DNA from: Rhynchobatus australiae
Taxonomy: Eukaryota
Reading direction: 5' to 3'
DNA: 61,440 nucleotides
Assembly (NCBI GenBank): GCA_034780895.1
Contig: JAUZTB010000001.1
Coordinates: forward strand, 99,170,931 to 99,232,370
How positions within the stretch are numbered: the first letter of the stretch is position 1; every line of letters starts with the position of its first letter. The translations under genes and the position numbers were made by a program. Positions 24,301 through 39,300 of this stretch are shown piece by piece. Under the pieces are notes generated by a model. That model did not search any database. It saw nothing but the letters and a program-made list of their open reading frames with translations, and was not told the DNA's origin.

Positions 24301-27300
24301 GTCCTGAACCTAAACCAAAGCTGAAGGGAGATTCACGAACCTACAGAGTATGGCTGGATCCCAACCAATATCAGCAGGATATGAGTTTCTCAATTCAGAA
24401 TGGGGCAGAAGATGTCTATGAAACCTTCAACATTATCATGAGAAGAAAACCTAAGGAAAATAATTTTAAGGTGAGTTGAATTAAAGTTGTTGAAATTCAG
24501 TATTCTGTATCATAGATTAAGAGCTTTAGAATGATTAGGGGACTGAGGAAATTGTATCACAATGACAGTTTCTGCTTCCAAGCTCACATGAAAGAAGATT
24601 TAAAAATTTATGCTCCTTCTAAGCAGGAAGAATATTACAGAACTATAAGAAATTTATTTGGCATTACTGATAGGGGGCAGGAGGAAGTGACGATCATTGC
24701 CTTGCCAGCAGCATGTAAAACTGGAGGANNNNNNNNNNNNNNNNNNNNNNNNNNNNNNNNNNNNNNNNNNNNNNNNNNNNNNNNNNNNNNNNNNNNNNNN
24801 NNNNNNNNNNNNNNNNNNNNNNNNNNNNNNNNNNNNNNNNNNNNNNNNNNNNNNNNNNNNNNNNNNNNNNNNNNNNNNNNNNNNNNNNNNNNNNNNNNNN
24901 NNNNNNNNNNNNNNNNNNNNNNNNNNNNNNNNNNNNNNNNNNNNNNNNNNNNNNNNNNNNNNNNNNNNNNNNNNNNNNNNNNNNNNNNNNNNNNNNNNNA
25001 ACAAATATTGCTCAATTTCCTGCCTGAAAATGTAACATGAAAATAACTATCTTGGGGGATCTTATGCTTGTCAACGTGAGAGGTACAAGCATTTCTTAAT
25101 GACTTAGTCACTAACCTCCCTTTGCCCCTTTACCACAACTTAATGACTATTTTTTAAGAACACCACTCAATTTCTGAACTTGTATGTAGAGAGCAGTTGG
25201 CACCAGGTAAGACCTATTTCACTGTGGTGGCTTTGATGTTTCAACACTGCTATCCATGCTTCCCATCGCCCATTAAGAATCTAATCTACACCACTCAGAG
25301 CAGGAGAGAACAAAGAGAACTTGAGGTTCAAAACAAAAGGGCAGAAGAAAAATCAACAGAAGTCACAAAGCTGTTAACATTCAAAGTTTCTTCATTTCAA
25401 AATGGAAAGCGCATCATGGTTTCCATAGTAAATTAGCATTATGGATGTCTGTTAGCAAGATATAATTTCTATTCATTGAACATAAAGTCAAGAAATGATG
25501 GCCTACCTGTTCAGAATTTAAAACCTAGAACTTTATGTTTAATTTAGTTAACTACTTTAAGATTGAGGCAACTTTAATGTTCAGGATTAACAGTGAGTTT
25601 ATGTAATGTATCCTTGTAGACCACAACCCCAACTCTAGCCACAGAACTGTCCCAGAGTCTAGACCTTGGCCTTGGCCACATTCTGTTCCACTTGCTCTGG
25701 CTGGGCATGCTACTTGCACTCTGGACCCCTTGCTCCTGTTCCTGACTAATGAGTGAGCCAGATACCAGACGATCAGGATTTCCAAATAATTGGATGCCAA
25801 ATTATCTGAATTTTACTGTATGTGTCCTTGTACCTCTGGGCAACACTTCTGCACTACCTATCTAATCGTCCACCCTCTCCTCCGATTTCAGTGCTCAAGT
25901 TTCCTTAAAGCACATCATTCCTGGTATTTACAGCTTTTGGCTCTGCTCCCTTAACTTCAAGGAATGCAGATTTAAATGATGATGATGGACAATTGCTTTA
26001 GACATTCATTGGCAAATCTAGCTTTGGGTTCTGTTCAAGTTTGCAGCATCATTGGGACTGCAAAGTTAAACCTCTGTTTTTCACGATGTGACTTGTCTAT
26101 TTCTATCACCTTGTTCCCACTCCTGCACCTCCAACTCCATTAACAACTTTGAAGAGCTCATGGATGCATTATTGCAACCAAGGACTCTCAGCAATTGATT
26201 TTGCTGTTTTCCACCCTTCAAGCCAGCTTGGCAAAATTTGACAGGTTTATCTCTGCCCTTACCCTGAACTTGTGTCTTTTCCATTGTACCTCTCTAAGTC
26301 TGTGCTGTCCATAAGATGTGTGACCTAATGTGGGACTGAACCAGACTGATCCTGACAGTATTATACTTCATCTTGAGATGATCTTCAGGCCATTTATCCA
26401 AGTTGCCAGTTGGACTGTCTATTTGCACCTTCGCAACATCGCCCATTTCTTCCTATGCCTCAGTTCACCTGCCTCTGTTATCCTACATGTCATCATTACT
26501 TATGGACTTGACTTCCACTGCATTCCTGGCTGGCCTCATTCATTCTGTCCTCAGTAAACTTGAGGACATCCAAGATTATTCAGCCCATGTTCTTGCTTGT
26601 ACCAAGTTCTCATAAGCTATCACCAATCTGCTTCCTGACCCCCACTGGCACCCAGCTAAGTAGTATCTCAACATTAAAATTCTTATTCTTGTTTTCCCTC
26701 ATGATATTGCATCTCCTTACAGCCCTACAACTCTCCAAAATATCTGCTCCCATCCTTGATTTTAATTACTTCACTTAATGCATGGATGTCCAACTAAGTA
26801 TTGCAGTGTGTGCCATCACCTGAAGTCTGTAACAATTGGTGTGGTTGTTTTGGTGGTCCAGATATTTGACAGAGTAAAGCCACATGCAGAAAGATCGTCC
26901 ACCTGAAGGATGACCCAGACCTCCATGTCAGAAAGATGTAATGAATCCTTCAGCTCACTGCTTGGTTCTCCACTAGTGTTATAAGGAGCAACAGTTTAGA
27001 GTAACAACCAGGAATAAGGATCTAATCTCTGACTCAACAGGAAAGCCTGCTGCCTTGGAGCTGGACCATATTGAGAGTTAGAACATAAAAAACCTACAGC
27101 ACATTTCAGGCCCTTCGGCCCACAAAACAGAATATGTCCCTACCTTAGAAATTACTAAGCTTACCATAGCCCTCTATTTTTCTCAGCTCCATATACCTAT
27201 CCAAAAGTCTCTTAAAAGACCTTCTGCAGAGTGTGACTGTGACAACCCTGTTCACGTTTTGAACCACACACTGCTTCAAATACAGACTTGACAATGACAT

Positions 27301-30300
27301 TATGGAGCTGTCTTCCTCCTCAAAAGCACTAGGTCATTAACTAAACAAATTGGATTTATCATATTGCTCCAAGTCAGCCATATGAAAGAAGATCATTTGT
27401 ATACGAGCATAAAAAATATAATTAGGAGGAAGCCATGCAACCCCTTGAAACTGCTCCAAAAAACATAAGTACATAAGAAGAAAGATGCAGGAGTAGGCCA
27501 CTCTGCCCCTCAAGCCTGCCCTCCCATTCAATGTGGTCATGGCTGATCTGCACTAGGCTTCCTCTTCTCGGTCAATTCCCATAGTCTTTAGTACCCTGGC
27601 CTTTCAATTCTGCACTTCTCAGACTTGAATATATTCAATGACTTATAATTTTTCACTTCCCTTTCTACCAGAAGTCTACATTTCTCAACATTGAAAATAT
27701 TCAATGACTTGGCCTCCAAAACTCTTTGGTGTGGAGAATGACAAAGATTCACAATGCTCTGAGAGGAGAAATTCCTCTCCATTTGGTGGGCTTTCTACCT
27801 GGTCAAGCTTGCAAGAACTTTGTACATTTCATTAACTTGTCTCCCATTCTTCTAAAATCCAACAAGTATAGCGTAAGTAAGTTGAGCTCAGTCATTGCTC
27901 ACAAGAAATCCTCTTTCATCCCAGAAATCACCATCAGTGGCCATGCCCCTAGTCTACATGACCTTAAACTCTGTAATTACTTCCTTAAACCTCTNNNNNN
28001 NNNNNNNNNNNNNNNNNNNNNNNNNNNNNNNNNNNNNNNNNNNNNNNNNNNNNNNNNNNNNNNNNNNNNNNNNNNNNNNNNNNNNNNNNNNNNNAAACCT
28101 CTCTACCATCCTGTTTTCCTTTACGGCACTTCCTAAAACCTAACTTTTTAACTAAGCTTTTTGTTAACTGCTGTAATGTCTCCTTGTGCTTCCAAGTATA
28201 ATTTTCTTAGATATTTCTCATATGAAATGCCTCATAATGTTTTGCCATATAAAAGATAGTGTGTAAAAGTAATTGTTTTATCAAAGATCAACTTTGAAAT
28301 AGCAGGCCCCTGCAGCCTAAGTTTCCTGTAGTCACAAATTCATTATGACACAGGAGGTCATTCAGCCTGTTGATTCTAATCTTGCTGGGTCCCTTTAACC
28401 AAATGTCAACTACTTTGTCCCTTATAGCTCCCAATGTGCCACTCACTACCTGCTTATTATTTCCATGATGCTGGATGATTTTTGGGTTCCTTTTTATGTT
28501 AACTGCCATTCTATTTCTCATATTCTCTTTGCCTCTTCACTTCCCCTGTAAACTAACTGTGTGGTTTTTGCTTGAAGATTTCACCTTATCATATTCACTA
28601 TTTTATTTGTCATCCCCGCCCTTCTCTCTTGTCTAACTAACTGGACTGCATAACTTTTAAAGTTTAAAGAAAAACTGAGTTTATTATAGTAATAAGTGTA
28701 GAATTTCCTCATTATCCACCAATGTTGTAAGTGTAACTGCTTATTAGCAGCTCCCATTTAATTGTTCCACGTTAAATTGGTGGTGACTCAACTTTCAGCA
28801 AGTGCTTCCTTTGTACTTCACTGTAGTGGCTTTCATTTGGAGTGACTTTGTAAAAATTAATTTCATTTCCAGGCAGTGCTGGAGACTATCCGGAACCTAA
28901 TGAACACAGAATGTGTCGTTCCTGACTGGCTTCATGACATTATCCTTGGATATGGAGATCCAGGAAGTGCTCATTATTCTAAAATGCCAAATCAGATTGC
29001 TTCACTGGACTTTAATGATACCTTCCTCTCAGTTGATCACCTGAAAGCTAGTTTTCCTGGGTGTACTATTAAACCAACAGTGGAAAGCTCTGTTCTGCAG
29101 AAACCTCCCTTCAGGTAAAAATATAGTTTGACGTATTTTCAAATGAGCAATCTTTGTATAAGTATAAATTTCTTTCACATATGTAAATATTAATATCTCC
29201 TAAGTTTTCTGTAATTGTCAATGTTTTGTTGCATGAATTATACAGCATAAAGTCATAATGCAGAATAATTATCCAGTCAGTGAAAAATGTCACAATCTTG
29301 TCAGGAAAAATATGAGCACTTTCTCCTCTGAACTTCAGGATCACATTCTCGGAACAGTGTGGTAGAGGGAAAAAACGAAAAGGAGAGAGTGATGGAGAAG
29401 AGACGGAAGAGAGCCAGACACTTGTTGTTGAACCTCACGTGATTCCAAATAGAGGACCTTACCCCTACAATCAGCCCAAGAGGTAAAGGCCATGTAATTT
29501 CCAATCTAATTCAGCTAATTTGGAATTGGTTTATTATTGTCACGTACTGAGGTACAGTGAAAAACTTGTCTTGCATTACAGTTCATACAGATCAATTCAC
29601 TACACAGTGCATTGAGGTATTTCAAGGTAAAACAATAATAGAATGCAGAATTAGTATAACAGCTACAGAGAAAATGCGGCGCAGGAGACAATAAGGTGCA
29701 AGGTCATAATGAGGCAGATTGTGAGGTCGAGTCCATCTTATCATACTAGGGAACCGTTCAGTAGTCTTATAACAGTGGGATAGAAGCTGTCCTTGAGCCT
29801 GGTGGTACATGCCTTCAGGCTTTTGTATCTTCTGCCTGATGGGAGAGGGGAGAAGAGAGCATATATGCAGTGGGTGAGGATTTTGATTATGCTGGCTGCT
29901 TTACTGAGGCAGTGAGAAGTGTGGACATGTCCATGGAGAGGAGGCTGGTTTCTGTGATGTGCTGGGCTGTGTCCACAACTCTCTGCGGTTTCTTGCAGTC
30001 ATAGGCAGAGCAGTTGCCATACCAAGCCATGATGCGTCTGGATAGGATACTTTCTATGGTGCATCAATAAAAATTGGTGAGGGTCAATGGGGACTTGCCA
30101 AATTTCTATAGCCTTCTGAGGGANNNNNNNNNNGAGGTGCTGGTGAGCTTTCTTGGCTGTGACATTTACGTGGTTGGACCAGGACAAACTATTGGTGATG
30201 TTCAGTCTTAGGAACTTGAAGCTCTCAACCCTCTGGACCTAGCAGCATTGATGTAGACAGGAGCATGTGCACCGCTCCCCTTCCTGAAGTCGATGACCAG

Positions 30301-33300
30301 CTCTTTTACATTGCTGACATTGAAGGAAAGGTTGCAGAATCTAGCCATGCAGTTATGAGTGTATGGAGAGTAGAGTAGGCGGCTGAGGATGCAGCCTTGT
30401 GGGTCACCAGTGTTGAGAATAATCGTGCCAGAGATGTTGCTGCCTATCCTTACTGATAGTGGTCCTTCGGTCAGGAAATCAAGGATCCAGTTGCAAATGA
30501 AGGTATTGAGTCCCAGGTCCCGGAGTTTGGTGATGAGTTTGCTTGGAATTATCGTTTTGAAGGCGGAGCTGTTGTCAATAAACATTTGTCTAACTTAGGT
30601 GTCTTTACTGTCCAGATGCTCCAGAGATGAGTGTAGGGCCTGGGATTCGGCATTCACTGTAGACCTGTTTTGGCGGTAGGTGAATTGCAGTGGGTTGAGG
30701 TTTTCTGGGAGCCTGGAGTTAATGCATGCCATGACCAGCCTCTTGAAGTACTTCGTGGTGGTGGATGTCAGAGCCACCAAGCGGTAGTCATTAAGGCACG
30801 TTACCTTGTTTTTCTTGGGTACTGGGATGATAGTGGTCTTTTTAAAGCAGGTGGGAACCTCAGATTGAAGGGAGAGGATAAAAATGTCTGCAAATATCCA
30901 CACCAGCTGATCTGCACAGGATCTCAGGGCACTGCCAGGGACACCATCCAGGCCAGATGCTTTCCACAGGTTCACTTTCCAGAAGACTGATCTTACATCC
31001 ACAGCAGTAACTGTGGGTTCAGGTGCATTGGAGGCTGTTGGGTTNNNNNNNNNNNNNNNNNNNNNNNNNNNNNNNNNNNNNNNNNNNNNNNNNNNNNNNN
31101 NNNNNNNNNNNNNNNNNNNNNNNNNNNNNNNNNNNNNNNNNNNNNNNNNNNNNNNNNNNNNNNNNNNNNNNNNNNNNNNNNNNNNNNNNNNNNNNNNNNN
31201 NNNNNNNNNNNNNNNNNNNNNNNNNNNNNNNNNNNNNNNNNNNNNNNNNNNNNNNNNNNNNNNNNNNNNNNNNNNNNNNNNNNNNNNNNNNNNNNNNNNN
31301 NNNNNNNNNNNNNNNNNNNNNNNNNNNNNNNNNNNNNNNNNNNNNNNNNNNNNNNNNNNNNNNNNNNNNNNNNNNNNNNNNNNNNNNNGTTGTCTTAGTC
31401 CTCGCAGACACACACTGAAGCCACAGTACACTAGTGGCATAGAGCATGGCCATTTAATGTGGTGGATGGGATTCCTGTGAAACATTTAGCTTTACACTGG
31501 ATATTGAGGTTTCATGAGTATTTTAGCTGCTATTATCTAGGTATGTCAGGAGTGTTCTGTCACACTCCTGAATTGTGCCTTGTAGAAGGTGGATAGTCTT
31601 AAAGTTGGGAGATACTCACTGCTGAATGTTTTTACCTTTGAGCAGATTATTTTGCGGCAGGTCCAATAAACATTTTGGTTTTTGGTTGCCCCCAATGGGG
31701 GAATGGGGAGACGGGCAGACTTGCCAGTTGGAGATGATCATTGCCTGATTTTTGTGAAATGAATGTTGCTTGCTGCTTAATAGCCAAAACCAGAAAGTTG
31801 TTTAGGGGTTGATGCCTGTGGACAAGTTCTGTGATATCTGGGGAGTTGTGGTAAGAATTGAACACTGCATACATCACTGAGTTGAAGGGAAGTTCAAATG
31901 AAAGGAAGGTCAGTGAGGAAACAATTGAAGGCTGTTGGGCCAAAGATATTTCCTTGAATTCCTGCACCATTATCTTGAAATTATGTTCTTTTCCACTTGT
32001 TATAACTGCAGTTGTGGTTATCTTTCCCTCTCAAGTTAACTGTTTTTAATTTTGCAAGAGTTCCTTAATACACCACTAAGTTGCTTGCCATTATAATATC
32101 CAGGAGCGTCATGTGCTTCACCTCTGGAATTCATCTTTTTGTCTATGTTTGGACCTAGACTGTAATGAAATTTGGAACCAAATACTCCTGAGGGAGTCCA
32201 AACCCGTTATTGATGAGTAAGTACTGCTTGAAAGCACTGTTGTCAATACCTTCAATCAGTACTTTGGTTGATGTTTGAGGGCGGATTGGTGCGGCAGTGA
32301 TTGGGCAGTTTACATTTGTCCTGCGTTTTTCTGTGTCATACTCGGACAACTTTGCACACTGTGGGGCAGATGCCAGTGTTGTGGCCATTCTGGAAGGACT
32401 TGGTTCAATGTGCCGCTGGTCCTGGAGCACCAGAAACTGGATCGTTGGCATTCAGCACTGCAGCCAGCACCATTTCGGGGCTTGTGGCCTTTACTATAGT
32501 ATTTTCATCTATTTCTTCGAGTCATAGAGTTGTGCAGCACAGAAACAGGCCCTTTGGCCCACCACATCCATATCAACCTTTTTGCCCATCTGCAATGATC
32601 GTTTTTGCTCGCACCAGGTCCATAAACTTCATCTTACCACCTGGAATGAATCAAATTGGCTGAAGACTGACTTTAGTAAGGACTTCAGGAAGAAGCCAAG
32701 ATGGATTATCCATTTAGTTCCATCATCTGAAGGTGATTACAAACCCTTCATCTTTCTCTTATGCATTTGTGTTCTGAGCATCATCTGCTAGAATATGGAT
32801 GTCCATTGATCCACTGCCTCTGAATTAATTAAGGCCACCATTCAACTTTAGATTTTATCCATTGATGGTGGGATCACATACCCCTGTTGATAACATGCTG
32901 CTTTTGGTATTCTATTAAGGAACCTTGTGTTGTAGTTTTACTTAGTTGNNNNNNNNNNNNNNNNNNNNNNNNNNNNNNNNNNNNNNNNNNNNNNNNNNNN
33001 NNNNNNNNNNNNNNNNNNNNNNNNNNNNNNNNNNNNNNNNNNNNNNNNTACTTAGTTGGTTCATTATTTTTAGGAACACATGTTGATACTCACTGCAAAT
33101 GCTCCTGCACTCTTCATTGAACCAGATTAGTCTTCCTTGATGGTAAGGTTAAGATGATGGTAACTTTACTCCATCGGGCTATCAATTGTGATGGAATACA
33201 ACTGCTATGGTGGTCAACAACACCTCCTGTATGCTCAGCTCAGGCCGCTAGACCTTTTCTTTTCCAAATGTGTTTCATTTAACACAGATGTAGTTCCACA

Positions 33301-36300
33301 CAACACATGGTGTTTTCAGCATAAAGATGCAATTTCATCTCCACAGGACTCTGCAGTGGTCTCTCTCACCTCTGTTGCCATGAGCAGATGCATCAGCAAA
33401 AGCTGGCTGACGAGGCTAATTGGGAGTGGGTTTTTCTGTTTTGTTGATTCATTCACTAACTGGCATCTGTATCCGTGGGGGACTTGACTGGAAAGATCAG
33501 CAGTGGAACAACTGAGACACTTACAGTGGCATGGAAAAGTTTGGGCACCCCTGGTCAAAATTTCTGTTACTGTGAATAGTTAAGTGTGTAGAAGATGAAC
33601 TGATCTCTAAAAGTCATTAAGTTAAAGATGAAACATTCTTTTCAACATTTTAAGCAAGATTCGTGTATTATTTTTGTTTTTTTACAATTTTAGAGTGAAA
33701 AAAGGAAAGGAGCACCATGCAAAAGTTTGAGCACCCCAAGAGATTTGAGCTCTCAGATAACTTTTACCAAGGTCTCGGACCTTCATTAGCTTGTAGGGCT
33801 ATGACTTGTTCACAGTCATCATTAGGAAAGGCCAGGTGATGCAAATTTCAATGCTTTATAAATACCCTGACTCCTCAAACCTTGTCCCAACAATCAGCAG
33901 CCATGGGCTCCTCTAAGCAGCTGCCTAGCNNNNNNNNNNNNNNNNNNNNNNNNNNNNNNNNNNNNNNNNNNNNNNNNNNNNNNNNNNNNNNNNNNNNNNN
34001 NNNNNNNNNNNNNNNNNNNNNNNNNNNNNCTAAGTACTGACCATGCAGGGTGCCCAAACTTTTGCTTCAGGCCCTTTTCCTTTTTTGTTATTTTGAAACT
34101 GTAAAAGATGGAAATAAAAGAAGTGATCTTGCTTAAAATATGAAAGAAATGTGTCATCTTTAACTTTATGCCTTTTGGAAATCGGGTCATCTTTTACTCG
34201 CTTAGCTATTCACAGTAATAGAAATTTTGACCAGGGGTGCCCAAACTTTTGCATGCCACTGTATACAATGGCCTTTTACAACTCCTACCAAAGTATTTTT
34301 TTATCTACTGTACTTAAAAATAAAACCCAGAATCACATTTATCTTTCCTAACGTTTTCTAACTGAATGTCAATCAACCTCCCGACTTAAATCTTTTTTGT
34401 ACTGTTCTGATTTTTAAAAAAGTCAGCATTTCCCAGTAATGCACTACTTCATTTTGCTCTGCTTCAAATTGGATGTTTAATGTTACAACAGCTCTATTTT
34501 GAAGCAAGCAACAAAGTGTGAAGACTTCATCTCATGGATGAGGAATTTGAAATTGCAGTGTTTCTGTTTTTTCCTCTCTGTTTAAGACACCAGACTGTGT
34601 TTCCAAATGGCCTGGTAATGTTAGAGATTGGTGGTGGCTATGTTCCCTTTTATTGAAATGTAGGCATTATCGCTTACAAACAAACTTCTTCCAAGCATCT
34701 AAGTGAATGTATTTGATTAGTTATTTTTCCCTGCAGAATGTCCTCTTTAAATTAGTTCCTTTCTGCCTTTTTATATTTTTGTAATTGTTTCTTTGAAAGT
34801 TATAATCACATTGTGGAATGTAGTACATTTTTAACAAATAAATATGTTTGAAAAATAGGAACAGTTAGAAAACCAGTAAATACCATGTCAGCCCTTTGGG
34901 AATCAGGTCACATCCCTGTTTAAGGTCAGCTACTACTTTGGACAAATGGAATTCACCTTATCAGCAGTCAACTGTATTAAAAAGCCTAAGCTATCAGTGG
35001 GTGGAAGGAAGCATTTTGGACAGTTGGGTTTAAAAATAGGTTTTGTTAGCAACAGTGATAGCATTAGAACATTAACTGAGAAACATGATAGCTATGGAAC
35101 GGCTGTGGGAGACAGACATGACTGTATCTTGTGAAGAGATGTGGGAGATCCAGAAATGGAGATTTTGGAAATTGAGGGTGCTGTGATCCCTGAATACAGG
35201 ACGAGCAAGCCAGTAAATACAACTGACATTTTTTTCTTGTGATTCCAATGTGTGTGTTGCTTATAAGCATATTTTCATTTGCATTCAAACTTGTTTTTTT
35301 TTAATTGCAGAAACACAATTCAATTTACACCTACACAAATAGAAGCAATTCGAGCTGGCATGCAACCAGGCCTTACAATGGTATCATTTTGCTTTTACTT
35401 ATTCAGACTCCTCTAATTTTAACAAGTTTTGTGGGCCAAGTTAATTTTGCTGTGATGGTTGCTTTCATTATCGCTGTCTTTCTGTGTTTCAGGTTGTAGG
35501 ACCACCAGGTACAGGAAAAACTGATGTGGCAGTACAGATAATTTCTAACCTGTATCATAACTTTCCAGAGCAAAGAACTCTCATTGTGACCCATTCCAAC
35601 CAGGTACCTTCACAATAAGTGCAATTTATGTACTTGTTCAGATCATATACTGTCAAGCTGGAGAAATTTTAATGAAGGTATAATGTGTTGTACATGCCTC
35701 AATAAAACTCTTATTTATTGATTATAAGTTATGAACGAATTGCCCCAAGAAGGTGAATCATTCTTTAAGAGGATGTTTCACTTCTGACTTAAAATGCTAT
35801 TACTAGTTCGGATTTATTTAAATGAAAACTCCTTTTATTTTTATTTTTGGTAGGATGGTCGTGGTGGATTGTATTTGAATCTAAATAATATTTTCTTTTC
35901 CATCTTGACTATCCGCTGTCCAGACCTTGGTCAGGCAGATGACAATAAGTGAATTTCAGTCTACCCAAAAAACATGCCCAACAGTTTCAGAAGAGCTTCT
36001 TAGCTGCATAAGTCTGGTTTTACTTTTATTTTTCAAAACGTCATTTGAAGATATTCCAGAGTAAACAAGTTACGGTTCTATTTCTACATGACCTGATGAC
36101 CGACACTGAAAATGCGTGTCATTGGGTCTTCACTAGATTCTAAAATAAATTGCAAGCAGGTCATGGCAGTATTCGAAACAGTTTGCATGCTTTCCTATTG
36201 TTTTAATGCTTGTAGTTTCAGTACTTAGATGGCCAGTTTAAATGTGTGATTTTAATTTGAACAGTTCAAAATCCTGTAAAAGTACCTTTTGTTTAACTGG

Positions 36301-39300
36301 TAAATGAAAAAATCTGTTACATTAGTTTGTCTGATTTGTATACATATATGTAATTCTGTTATAGATCAAATATGTTTTTCTGTTTTATGTCAAGATTAAG
36401 TAAGGTACAAGGTAGAAATGCGTGTTCTTAACCTGCATTAAAGTGAAGTTTGATGTGCTCACCCACCTTCTTTCCCAAGATAGCAGAATTTAATTTTCCT
36501 TTTAATAATCTTCCAGATTTTGAAAATCCATTCCCTATTCAAAATTTAATGTTTTTAAATTAATTTTGGCTTTCTTCCCTTCAGCACTGTTGACATTTGA
36601 CTTTTTAAAAAAAAATGTTTCAATAAATTATGACAAAGTGATTATCTGTCAGGCAATATATTAAAAAGTCTGGACGTTAATTGATCAGAGGCCAATTTTA
36701 AATCCTCATGCTGCAGTGAGGTAAACCAAGTGCAGCAGCCACTTTGTTGATTCAAGATATTTATGAATGCACAAAGTGGTGCTGTTAACTTAAAATACAG
36801 AAGTGTAAATAATCAAAATCATTAAACCAAACAAGCAAAATTTTTTTTCAAAAATAACATACCTTCCCTTTTGCCTCCTCATCCTTTGCCCTGTGATCCC
36901 TCTCAAAATTAGTGGGGCCTGAGATTGTGCATCGGGTCAAACCTGGCACTGGATTCCAGAAATTATTGCTCCTAAGATAATGCCAAGGAATCTCAGCAAG
37001 ACCTGACTCCACATGGAGTCGTGCAGCAGAGCGAATGGACTTATTCAGTTTTCCAAATCTGTTGGGCTAAATCCTGAGCTTGTGTGTTTTTACAGAAGTA
37101 ATGCATAAACCTGCAACTTATTTCAATTTTAATGGAAAAATGCTGGCCTCTGATCAGAACCATTGGCTAAAGTCAGTACAATCTGGCTTAATCTCTTGAT
37201 ACTCCATTGCATCACAATATTGAAGGACTGCCTTGTCCTTAGTGCATTGATCCATCTTTTAATTTGTAGCATAATTCCTAGCATGGTCTTCCCCACTTAA
37301 GTTGCCGACAGGGTTTCATGTTTCACCAGCAATTTTAGCTCCTGCTTTTTAAAAAACCTACAATTAATCCTACAGGTTTTTAAGGAGGAATTATTATCTT
37401 AGGGAAACCATTGTTGTATGGACGTGATCAATGAGTGTTGGCTATGTAAAACTGAGTTTTAATTCCAGAAAGTTCCTAGTCATCTATCTACATATTAATA
37501 GATGGTTGATCAAGAAGCAGTGCATGTCACCTTGTCAGCGCACACATTCTGCGCAATGTTTGTTGACGTACTGAGTATAGCCTTTTGGTGTTACTTCAGA
37601 CACAATATGAATTGTTTAAGTACCTGATGACAGATATTGTGTTGCTAATTTTTCACAATTAGACTGCGGTCACTCAGGCTCATCTATTGATTTCTCAAAT
37701 AAATTAGGGACAAAAGACAAAGGCATATTGTGCTAGTATAATTGGATAGGAACTAAATTTCAATATAGTTAATTCAGCAGCTTGTTTTCTGTTACTCAAA
37801 TCTTCCTTGGCTCATCACACTTTGACAAACCTTTAAGCTTTGGCAAACATGGCCAGCTACAAAAAAAGGAGACTGTAAACAACTTCTAAGATCTTAGCAT
37901 GTTGAACTTGCCTCCACCAAGCACAAAAGTTGTGGCAGAGGAATTAAAGGCAGATCAGTCAAGGTCACGATAGGACATAAGTCTATCAAACATTTGGCCA
38001 GAATTCAACAAAACGCTTGTCCCTTTTTGCTTTTAACAGAGATGTCATGCAACAACCTGATTTCTAGTTAACGTGAAAGATGTTGTGAATTATGGAAGAT
38101 TTTTAGGAAGTTATTTTCAGATTGTCTCCAGAGAGACAGGTACAAAAATGTGTCCTGTTGCATAGGTGTAAATACCATTTTGGATGAGATGTTAAGCCAC
38201 TTACTCACCTACCCTTTCAGTGGATGTCAAAGAAACTTTGGACTATCTTATAGGTTATCAAACCATTGCTGTTTGTAGAAAGTTGCTTCCATGGGATTAG
38301 CTGCTTGTTTCCTACATTTCAGTAGTGACCACACTTCCAGAGTACTTCATTGACTGGAAAGCACTTTTGGACAATCCACAGCTGTGAAAAGTGGTGTATA
38401 AATAGAAGTCTTTCATCTTTCCTTCTTATAAGGTAGACAGTTTTCTGATTTTGTACAGAAGTGAATTGATGCAAATGAATTGACATATTATCCAAATAAC
38501 TAAAAATACACAATACAAAATTGACACCATTCTTGAGCCAGACTGATATCTCTCAACGCATGGAAGTGTTACAGAAATAAGTTCCTTTTCATAAGTTGCA
38601 GCAGCTGTTTTAAGTCTTTTTGAAAGTTATTCTCACTTCTAAAAAACTCTGTCATCTGTTGCTGTCAATCTACAGGCCTTGAACCAGCTGTTTGAGAAGA
38701 TCATGGCTCTGGACATTGATGAGCGTCACCTTCTTCGTCTGGGTCATGGTGAAGAGGAGCTGGAGACTGAGAAGGATTTTAGCAGGTGAGAAACATGGAG
38801 TAGTGTGATTTAATTGGATGAATGGTGCAACAGACTGAGACTAACTGACAGAAATTGAGACTGTACTGTATATTCAGTGTTTTCACAAAGTTTCTGTTTG
38901 AAGGATCTGGAATACTACATGAATGTTTATACCTGCAAAGCCAAACAATAATGCCTCCTAAAAATCAGAATTAAGAAATTGGCCTTTGAAGCTACTCTGC
39001 ACAAGTATGAAGTGATATTCTTACGCTGCAGACTTTACATAAATCTGTTGTATAAATTTGGAGTCTAGTTGGTGTTGTCAGACTGACTCTTAAAAATTTG
39101 CTGTTTGGTTTCTTTGTTGATCATTATTTTACATTCTAGATAAATTTTTAAAAGCCTTTTTATTGATTTGCATCATATTATTCATATGAAGAAGTGTAAA
39201 TTAAATATGGGTGAGATGTTTCATGAGGAAAAACAAGCCATCAGAGGAATAATCTGTTCTGTTCCTGAATAGAATCAGGATAAGGCAGTTTTAGACTATA

